From NCBI GenBank assembly GCA_964036045.1, contig OZ038378.1, positions 175,584,001 through 175,648,000 on the forward strand: 64,000 bases of DNA. Direction: 5' to 3'. Origin of the DNA: Eutreptiella sp. 'Long Island Sound 2002' (lineage: Eukaryota; Protista; Euglenida). The notes below the pieces were generated by a model, which saw only the letters and a list, made by a program, of their open reading frames with translations, was not told where the DNA came from and made no database searches. Positions 1-9,800 of the stretch are shown here, one piece after another (position 1 is the first letter of the stretch; every line of letters starts with the position of its first letter). The translations under genes were made by a program, and so were the position numbers.

Positions 1-1140
1 TTGTGTTGCGTGTGCGGTGTCCTGGGCCACTTGGCTCCTGTTCAGCGGCGTGCCTGCTTGGTACGTTGCTTTGCGTGTGCGGTTACCTGGGCCACTTGGC
101 TCCTGTTCACTGGTGTGCCCGCATGGTGTGTTGTTTTGCTTGTGCGGTGTCCTGGGCCACTTGGCTCTTGTTCACCGGTGTGCCCGCTTGGTACGTTGCT
201 TTGCGTGTGCGGTTACCTGGGCCACTTGGCTCCTGTTCACCGGTGTGCCCGCACGGTGTGTTGTTTTGCTTGTGCGGTGTCCTGGGCTACTTGGCTCCTG
301 TTCAGCGGCGTGCCTGCTTGGTACGTTGCTTTGCGTGTGCGGTGTCCTTGGCCACTTGGCTCCTGTTCACCGGTGTGCCCGCTCGGCGCGTTGTTTTGCT
401 TGTGCGGTGTCCTGGGCCACTTGGCTCTTGTCCACCGGTGTGCCCGCTCGGTGCGTGGCCTGTGTGTGCGGCGTTCGGGGCCACTTGGCTCCTGTTCACC
501 GGTGTGCCCGCTCGGTGTGTTGTGTTGCGTGTGCGGTGTCCTGGGCCACTTGGCTCCTGTTCACCGGTGTGCCCGCTTGGATCGTTGCTTTGCGTGTGCG
601 GTGTCCTGGGCCAGTTGGCTCCTGTTCACCGGTGTGCCCGCTCGGTGTGTTTTTTTGCTTGTGCGGTGTCCTGGGCCACTTGGCTCCTGTTCACCGGTGT
701 GCCTGCACGGTGCGTTGCTTTGCTTGTGCGGTGTCCTGGGCCACTTGGCTCCTGTTCGCCGGTGTGCCCGCTTGGTGCGTCGTTTTGCGTGTGCGGCGTT
801 CTGGGCCCCTTGGCTCCTGTTCACCGGTGTGCCCGCTCGGTGTGTTGTGTTGCGTGTGCGGTGTCCTGGGCCACTTGGCTCCTGTTCACCGGTGTGCCCG
901 CTTGGTACGTTGCTTTGCGTGTGCGGTGTCCTGGGCCACTTGGCTCCTGTTCACCGATGTGCCCGCTCGGTGTGTTGCTTTGCTTGTGCGGCGTTCTGGG
1001 CCACTTGGCTCCTGTTCACCGGTGTGCCCGCTCAGTGTGTTGTGTTGCATGTGCGGTGTCCTGGGCCCCTTGGCTCTTGTTCACCGGTGCGCTCGCCCGT
1101 TGTGCTGTGCGGTGTCCTGGGCCACTTGGCTCCTGTTCAC
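1..1140. repeat. Tandem satellite, 65-bp unit, about 17.5 copies, runs off the left edge
   Basis: GGGCCACTTGGCTC recurs at 24, 89, 154 and onward (period 65). The unit is A-poor on the + strand and lacks stop codons, which explains the three 410-437 aa ORFs. Confidence 0.95.
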
Positions 1141-1207
1141 TGGTGTGCTCGCCTGGTGTGTTGTGCTGTTGGTTGCGTGTGCGGGGCGTCGCTGCGGGGC
1201 GCTCACT

Positions 1208-1293
1208 CGTCCATCCGGACGGCGGCTGTTCGTAGCCGGCAGCGGCTGGGTACCCTCCGGGCGCACACGCGTCCATCCGGACGGCGGCTGTTC
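1208..1293. repeat. 24-bp perfect direct repeat closing the 65-bp array
   Basis: CGTCCATCCGGACGGCGGCTGTTC at 1208-1231 and 1270-1293. Confidence 0.85.
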
Positions 1294-2103
1294 CTAAAAA
1301 CTACTCGTAAATGAGGTCTCGTATTTGAGTTTTGCGGCCACGAGCTGTTAATCGATGTGGACAATCCTTATGAAGGGCGCGGCATGATTGGGCCCGATCG
1401 GTGCCACCTATGTGGTCAAATTCTTCATTTCACATAACTATCTGTTTATATTTCCGTCATGTTGCTTATGTATCCTTTTACTTTGTCTCCAAACTTTGTG
1501 AGTGCTTCTTCGGATTGCATTCCTTGATTGATCGATAGGTAGTGGATGCTGAATGCCAAGATTTCCATATATAAGAATGGAAGGCAAGGCCCTCTCTCGA
1601 TGCAGGTCGGACTTCCGTGGAAGGAGATGGTTTTTTCGAAACCCGTACTGAGAAATTTGAGGTGTCAGCTAAGGAATTGGGAGGCTAGAACAATTTTTGG
1701 TTTCCTTTTTTGCACATGACGGTTTCCCGCCCAAATCATTCACAAATGCGGCCAACTGTCCGAAGTACTGCCCTACTTACGTCATTTACATGCTCATATA
1801 TCAAGCCTTCTGATTTTCTTGTGCAATAGGGTGAAAAGTCAAAAGCATTTCGGCATCTTTTTCTTGAAAATATACAACCCAAGTTTTTTGTGCCTTTTCT
1901 CTCCTAAAAAAATTTCCAAACAGACATATTTCCTAAAAACAGTTCTGCAAATGCAACCTGCACATACACACTGCAACCCGCAATACAACAAAGCGATGTC
2001 TTTCTAAGTTATTGTGATTCGGTCAGTCTTGTAAATCCCATAATCAGAAATTTCAAGTTGATGGTAGCACTGCAGTCTCACCATACATGCATTTCACGAT
2101 TTG

Positions 2104-2703
2104 TCAGACGTTCAATCGAACCCATCGCCCACAAACACGGCTTCCCGGTGATCTTTGTTTCTTTATCGCTGAAAACAAATTCTTCTCCATGTACGCATAC
2201 CCCCCTCTGTGCGATCCGAGGAACACTGGCTTCCTTGCTCCCCTATTTTGCCTTCGTCCATGTCTTTTTTCAATTTTTGCTTGCCGTTTGATGTCTGCTC
2301 GCTGGCCCCACCATCTTGAAACCATTCGTCATGTAATCTTGCAAATGTTGCAGTCAACTCAACGACATTGCTCAGCTTTCCCTCACCTTTCAGTTCCAAG
2401 TTCATGGCGTTCAAGCACTCTCTCCTTGAAGGTATAAGTCCTCTGCATCCTCCAAGCAGCTCTACTAGTTTTCTTCTTCTGAACAACAATAGAACTATTG
2501 AGCTCTGCCTCAACCCAAACAAACATGTGGTATCTTAGTTTTACGATTTCCTTATCTATTCCGTTAGAAACAGTCAACTCGGTCAATGCCAGTGTACCAT
2601 TCTTCTCTACGTCACACTGAGCACTGTGTTTCCTTTGGTGTTTGGTCAGTACATAGCAATTTGGGACACTTCTCATAGCGAAATCTCTTTGGGGCAAGCT
2701 CAC
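2104..2703 (-). mobile_element. Frameshifted relic resembling the N-terminal HTH region of a pogo/Tigger-type transposase
   Basis: Fragments RMQRTYTFKERVLERHE and RKPVFLGSHRGGYAYMEKNLFSAIKKQRSPGSRVCGRWV resemble HTH_psq and CENP-B HTH segments by eye. No DDE domain or TIRs found. Confidence 0.3.
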
Positions 2704-2968
2704 TGCATTCTTTCGCTTCTGGAATCATTTTTTGACTTGCAGATTGAATACTTCTCTTGAGTCCAAACTCCATCAAGTTGAAAGTGAAACACACTAAGCA
2801 ATGGACCATGTTGTCCTTGTGCGACGACTTTGTGGCCTCAAGTGTCATAACGTGGACCTGATCCACCTCCTTTTTGTTGCCACACTTGCTCCGTTCACTG
2901 ATCGGCTCACTCGTTTCATGGATTGGCGCCGTTTGCGGCGGTGTATGTGGTGAGGGCGGCGACGCGCA

Positions 2969-3082
2969 TTAGAGTGTCGCCGCGCACGCGAGGGCTGCGG
3001 CTGCCGCAACCACAGAGCCTCCACAACTTGGGCAAAACTTGGCTCCCCCGGGTAGTTCTGCTCCACATCGTGGGCAATACAT
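2969..3082 (-). CDS. Short zinc-ribbon ORF, probably the start of a decayed gene or transposase
   Basis: ATG at 3082 reads MYCPRCGAELPGGAKFCPSCGG, a CxxC-x10-CxxC zinc-ribbon pattern. In-frame stop at 2969; no spliced continuation was resolved. Confidence 0.45.
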   Translation of the reverse strand: MYCPRCGAELPGGAKFCPSCGGSVVAAAAALACAATL

Positions 3083-3626
3083 AAGGGTGGGACCTTGTGG
3101 GACAGTGGAGCTGGAAGGGTGTGCGTAGCAAAGAGCACGTACTAAAACAAGACGATCGCGGCAAACTACAATAACGCTTGGAGTTGAAAGCACCATGGGG
3201 CTATAAAGATTAATTTTCTTTACCCTTTAAGCCGATCGGCAGCGTCTAGAACCCCTCTATTATGGCTTTTCGAAATGTCAGCAGTGGTGGTTGCGCCTTT
3301 TTTGCAGATCTTATTGCAATCAATTGGTATCCACATTTCACTAATTTACACTCGCAAATGACATTTCATTGTCGTTTAAATTGCCTCGCATGATCCAAAT
3401 TTTAGGTGACGGCAATTGTGGTGACGGCAATTGTGGCCTCCAAGGAATCCGGCAAGCTGCAGCTAAGGAATTAGCATGCCGCGCGGATTTTGACGGGAGG
3501 AATCCGCCAAGGAATTACAGGCTGGTAGGGACGTCCCATGTTCCTTGAAATCCCGTCCGACCTGTAGTCTCCCACATAAAAAGCCCCCATTGTGCATTTC
3601 TTCAAGAAAATGAGTAATCTTGTAGG

Positions 3627-3860
3627 ACAATGAGCATTCCTCTAGGCGAGTGAGTATTCCTCATGGGCAATGTGGACTTCAAGGACCCTCAAGGGCAGCG
3701 AGGATCGCCCCAAGCAAGTGAGGACTCTTCTCGGCCTATGAGGAAATGTCTAAGACATCAAGCATTCCTCTACGCCAGTGAGAGTTCTTCGCGGCTAGTG
3801 AGGATTCCGCTAGGCCAATGAGGATTCCTCTAGGCCAATGCAGACTCCCCTAGGCAAATT
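3627..3860. repeat. Degenerate ~21-bp tandem repeat
   Basis: Variants of AATGAGGATTCCTCTAGGCC, about 11 units. Confidence 0.7.
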
Positions 3861-6767
3861 TGGACTCCTTTTTAGTTAAAATCAATTTCAATTCAATTGA
3901 TTCCTCCAAAAAAAGAGTTCTGTCACCACCCCATGGGTCAGCAGCAGTGTTTTGCTGCAATAAATAGGGTGTGTATGTAGTGTGAAATTGCCCAGGTCCA
4001 GATTTTTGTAATTGTTTCCGGCCTCCATGTATTTTGAAACATTTGTATTTCACCCCCGGTGTAGCTGCACTCTTCAACGTAGTAGGGTACTAGTAGCCTC
4101 AATGGTGGGCACAAAAAAAAAGGTGAACGTTGCACTACAATCATTGGGTGTCCTTTTTGTGCCTGTGAAAAGGGTAACAGTGACTTAAGCCCCGATTCAT
4201 AAATTTGAACTGTCAAACCCATGAATCATGGAGCAACATTGACCACTTTCCAAATGCAACCAGAGAGCAGATGTGGGGTGCTGTCACCAGAAAGTGCAAT
4301 GAATTGTGGCAACCATCCGTTAAAAAACCGCACTAAGTATTTCCCATGCCCCCAAAAGGTATCTGGCAATATTCCAAATGCACAATTAGAGCTTGGACCC
4401 GTTTCCGTGTCCCCCTATATTTGCAAACATCAGTCCTGCCATTTTTGCTGCCTCCAAAACCATCTCCACGGCAATATCAACAAACTCGAAGTGCGGGCCT
4501 AGGGGGAGCAGTGGGCATTATATTCTTTCAAAATTGAAAATGAATTTGACTTTTTTGTTTGCTAGCAGTGACATTTACAATCACTTTCATGAAAGTGTCC
4601 TGATACGACAGGCGTCTCCGTTACCATCCTGCTGAAGCCTCCAGCACCTCAGGCCAATTCCTGATGACATAAAATGGATGCCCCATGACAACCCCACAAA
4701 AAAACAAAACAGAAAACCTCTGCAAATGAAAATTTTCTCCACCCAATGGAGTGGTCTTAGACAAAAATATTGAAACTATACCAATTTACTGTCGCGTGCC
4801 TTTCTAGGCACAGGTGCAATTGCAAAAATCAACAAAAGCAGCCAATTAAAACAAGCTATCCAGCTGATTCAATAGTGCGGCACAATGAAATATTTTCACC
4901 TGAATACTGGACATTGTACATCATCGTTTGCAGTCTCAACCAGTGCGAAAAGATATTCAATGATCACATAGGCTGTGCTCGTGGAGTGAATGTTCACAAG
5001 AGGACATAGAAACAGCAATCTGCAAACGGCACAACATTGTTTGCTTGCACAACAGGAATGACATATTTTCCTGCATGTGCACTGTCACCACGCATGTGGT
5101 GTTACAGAAGTGTGGGTTGTCCTTTGAGGCAAGATTTTGTTTGTTTATTTTTGCTTTCCGTTTAAGACAGCCGAAGGACTGAGGTGGCAGGATTGCTGTC
5201 GGTTGAAGGTATTTGATAGGCAAATTGCCGGTGATGGTCAACCAACACAAGGGCATGCATGCTGGGTGCAGGCAGCCTTTGGAAGGCAACAGGATGAGCT
5301 TGCATTTGAGGAACCCATAGAAAGCCGTCAAAACTTCCATGTGGCAACAGCATGCATGCGTGGCATGCATGGCATGCGTGGATGTGCCATGGAATCCCTT
5401 TTCTGGGCAGCCTCTGAATGGTAGTGGGGACTAACACGTATCCCAACCTTGGACTCAAACCTGGGCCTCACTGCGTTGCCACAGCCCCGGGTGCATTAAA
5501 CACCCAAAGGCATTTGGTGCTGGCTGACTCAACTAAGTTGAGGCCTGCCAAGCATCCTGCACATCTGTGTGCGGCTGACGTGCTCGGCCTGCTCCATGTC
5601 CCATGCCACCAGCATGGTACCCCTGCCTTCCATGCTCTGTATGAAGCTACCCAACTCCCTCGGCACCAATACCAGGAAAATTGGCGAAGAGGCGAAGGGG
5701 GGGGGAGTGAAGGGGGGGGGGGGGGCAAGGCTGTCAAGACAGCCCACTGCAGAGTCAGTTTCAGTGCACTTGCCAACAGGGGTGCAGTCATTGCGCCATG
5801 CAAGGCACCTTGCACACCGCACTGCAAGGACCGCGGTGAAGAGGGAAAGCCTCGAGCAGGGAGCTGGGGACAGGTGAGTGGATGAATTCAGATGTCCGAG
5901 GGGCTCGGCCAAAGTACTAGTCATCATTGCATGCACAAGAAGCTGCACTTCAGTGCTCAGATGTATGTTGCTGGTTTGACGTATGGCAGTGCAAATGTGA
6001 TATGGTACAACCTCCTGGTTCTAGACTGGGGGGTTCTGAGATGGCAGCCGAGCGTGGCGGGACAATGAGGGCATCGGCCCAGCACTGAAGCATTGCAGAA
6101 CAGACACGGCATGGCGAGACTGTCGGTGGCGGAGCGAGCGAGGACTCACAGGCAGGGCATGGCAAATGTACAAAGGGGCGTCAATAATATACAGAGGGGA
6201 AATGGGGGGGGGGGGGGTGGCATACTCTGAGCGAACAGACTCCACACCAGTGTCCGCATACTGCGTCAAAAAGGTGGTGCTTCATGTGGGTGGAGGGGGC
6301 CAAAACCCGGGTGCAGCACGGCTCGGCCAACCGAATGTGGAAATCGGGGGGTCAGCCATCGTTGGGCGGTATGTAGTTGCAAGGGTTGTCCCGCTTGTGG
6401 GAGCACAGAGGCCTGATCATTAACATCCGCATATTGAGACAAGGCGACCTCGGGTAACTTTTAACTGTACAGCGGGGGTGTGACCCCGGGACCCCTGGTG
6501 TTCTATGTACAGGTGGTGCATCAGGGATGGGGTGGGGTTGGTGATCCAACTGGGTGGTATCCAAAGACAATGCGTTGACAGGCCAGCACAGAACTGACAA
6601 CTCAATATTGCCCACCAGCCGTTCAATGGTTCTCTGATTTGTTGAACTGGGTGGGCATATTGGAGAACGCTTGACTTTGGATGATGAGCAGGTGTTCTGG
6701 GCGGGGGAAGATTCGCAGACGAGGCAATCATGGCTGTGGCGACAGTACGTCCCTAAATTGTGCCCGT

Positions 6768-6878
6768 TCATTCCAACAGTTCAGTCTGAATCAGCACTGT
6801 CTCAGGCTCTTCAGGCAGATCCTTGGGCTTTTGAACCACTACCCGCAGAGTGTGGCCTTCCATCGCTGCTTTAACGTC
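6768..6878 (-). CDS. HSP20: sHSP exon 5 (stop)
   Basis: Acceptor CTGCAG; DVKAAMEGHTLRVVVQKPKDLPEEPETVLIQTELLE*. Confidence 0.9.
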   Translation of the reverse strand, partial: DVKAAMEGHTLRVVVQKPKDLPEEPETVLIQTELLE

Positions 6879-9800
6879 CTGCAGATGGGGTTATGCAGTG
6901 GGTTCTCGGAGGTCAAGAGTGGCAATTAACTTAGGGTTGTTGTAGAGGTTGTTGTGCGTTGTTGGGGAGTGCAAAACATCTCAGGCTGTCGTGGACACGG
7001 GTCGAGAGCTGGTGCGGTTTGTGGGGCTGATTCCTCGGGGGTTGTTGCAGCCTGAGGGTTGTGGGGGATTGCGGGGGTTTGCTGAAAGGTGTTGTAGAGG
7101 GATGTGGAGTCAGGAGCGGTGGCATGGTTTTGAGGATCAATAAACGTTGTTACACTTTGTGGAGGGTGGTGGAGGATTGTCAAGGGCTGTTGATGTGTCT
7201 TGAGGGGTGTCACAGGCAGCTCAACGGATTAAACCGGACTTGGGGTTCGGCGGACTTATCGGCTTGGCGGACTTTCGGCCGGCCGAAGTCCGGTTTAATC
7301 CGTCGCCCCCCCTTTTTTCAGCCGAAAAAACAGGCCGAAAGTCCGGCCGGACTTTCGGTGGGCCAATCGGCCGGCCGAAATTCCGGTCTATTCCTCCCCC
7401 ACCCCCTGGTACTAGTACCCCCATCTTCTAATACCCCCCCCCCCCCCCGTATACTAATAACAAGACTCCTGCTGTGGCCATAGACCGCCTTTTGTGTGTT
7501 CCGCCTTGTGTGTGCACCGCTCTCTGCGTGTACCGCCTTGTGTGTGCACTGCCTTCTGTGTGTACCGCCTTGCCCGTGGCCCCTTCAATAACATGACTCC
7601 TGCAGTGGCCACAGACCGCCTTTTGTGTGTTCTGCCTTGTGTGCGCACCGCCGTCTGTGTGCACTACCTTGCCTGTGGCCCTTTAAATAACATGACTCTT
7701 GCGCTGGCCACAGACCGCCTTTTGTGTGTTCCGCCTTGTGTGTGCACCACCTTGTGTGTGCACCGCCCTATGTGTGTACCGCCTTGCCTGTGGCCCCTTG
7801 AATAACATGACTCCTGCGGTGGCCACAAACCGCCTTTTGTGTGTTCCGCCTTGTGTGTGCACCGCCTTATGTGTGTACCACCTTGCCTGTGGCCCCTTCA
7901 ATAACATGAAACCTGCGGTGGCCACAGACCGCCTTTTGTGTGTTCCGCCTTGTGTGTGCACCACCTTCTATGTGTACCGCCTTGCCTGTGTCCCCTTAAA
8001 TAACATGACTCCTGCAGTGGCCACAGACCGCCTTTTGTGTGTTCTGCCTTGTGTGTGCACCGCCTTCTATGTGTACCGCCTTGCATGTGGCCCCTTAAAT
8101 AACATGACTCCTGCGGTGGCCACAGACCGCTTTTTGTGTGTTCCGCCTTGTGTGTGCACCGCCTTGTGTGTGCACCGCCTTATGTGTGTACCGCCTTGCC
8201 TCCGGCCTCTTAAATAACATGACTCCTGCGGTGGCCACAGACCGCCTTTTGTGTGTTCCGCCTTGTGTGTGCACCGCCTTGTGTGTGTACCGCCTGCCGT
8301 GTGGTTTAGTATATCAAAAGGGAGGTGATGGATTAAACGAGACTTTCGGCCGGCCGAAGGTCCGCCGAGCCGATAAGTCCGCCGAGCCGATAGGTACGCC
8401 GAACCCAAGTCCGGCCAAATCCGGTGGGCCATCACAGGCTGTTCAGGGTTGAGGGAGTTATTGAGGATTGCTGTGGGCTGTAGTAGGCTCCTGATTTGTC
8501 AAGGTTTGAGGGCGGTGGAGGGCTATTGGGCATTGAGAGAAGTGAACTAGCAGAGCCACTTGCCCTCTCCGGCCCTCAACAACTCTCTGCAGCACTCTCA
8601 ACCCTAATCAGCCCTGAGCAGCCCTATGCAACCCCCAGGCATGAACTGATGCACAGCTGTGGTATCGGCTAACACATCAGTGGCGCAAAGCAGGCAACAC
8701 AGGACACGGCCACACGCCATTGAGCAAGAGAGAGATGACAAAAATGTGACCGCTCGTACTCAAAAGCGAGGGTAACGGAGGGCCTGCAGCTCAACTGTGT
8801 CATTGTACCGCGAAGCACTGCCAGTCAACTGCCAATCGTCGTCGCAACATGCCCAACTGCCGCCTGCAGACTAGTCCACAACCAAACATTACGAAACGCA
8901 AGTCGAAATCCTTCCAGAAATGCCCAGAGCCCAGAACGGGAGAAGGTGGTCACGCTTTGTACCTTCGGTCGGACTCCAGGTGGCACAACTACCGTCCGAG
9001 AGAAATACGTGGAATGCGAGATGACCGGGCCCTTCTCGTTCGTGTCTGCGGTGTCATGCCTGTTCCAGGCACTGATGACCAGCTGCTGTCCCTTGAGATC
9101 TGCAGACCAACAGACATTGGACGACCGAGGCCAGCCTCCATGGGCCTGCACGTGAGGCCTTGACGTTTTTGTGCGCATGCCCCTCTGCTGGGACGTCCAT
9201 GTGACAGGCTGTGCGCACACAAAAAATGTAAAAAAAAACGGTCATGCGGTGTCCCCATCTTATTTGCGCATTTTGTGCACAACCAGCAAGGGATCCGTCA
9301 AGATCACACTGAGAGCTGGCACTTGGCACTGCTGCAGTGTCGCCAATTGTCAAACGGCACTTCTGCCAGGGGTTGCCAATTGTCAAAGGAAACTTTCAAG
9401 CGTTGCCGAGTGTACACCGTGACAGACCCACGCACCAACGTACCGTCCGAGGATGGCTGCAAGATATGACAACAGAGTTCAGAGAGAGCGAGTGCACTCT
9501 CCAGACTGAGCAACATCATGGCACGTCGGTGAATTTTTTGTGCTTTTAATTTACTGCAATCCGGTTTGCTGCAATTTGCAGTGATTTACTGCAATCCGAC
9601 AATTTAAGTACGCAATCCCATGCTGAGTGGCACCCATGCCGGAGCAGGTGCATTGTTCTGGTGTTGTGGACGCACGGCACACTACGTGCCAACCTCACTT
9701 CATAGAAAAAGTATGGCCACCCCCATTCCCTTTTGTGCCGTGTTTGCTTGCCATAAGCTTTGTCACGAGTGTTGCTGCAGCGCTACCCTGGAACTTGTCT

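Noticed and set aside
1-1314. Three overlapping 410-437 aa Cys-rich ORFs
   Set aside because: They are translations of the stop-free 65-bp satellite; the unit length is not a multiple of 3.
6671-6874. Protein-like plus-strand ORFs here and at 8849-9163 and 17026-17373
   Set aside because: Antisense to well-supported sHSP and TEX264-like exons.
7457-8300. Regularly spaced repeats (also 19371-19458 and 16931-16990) as a possible CRISPR array
   Set aside because: The intervening sequence is itself repeated, so there are no unique spacers; no cas genes; eukaryotic context.
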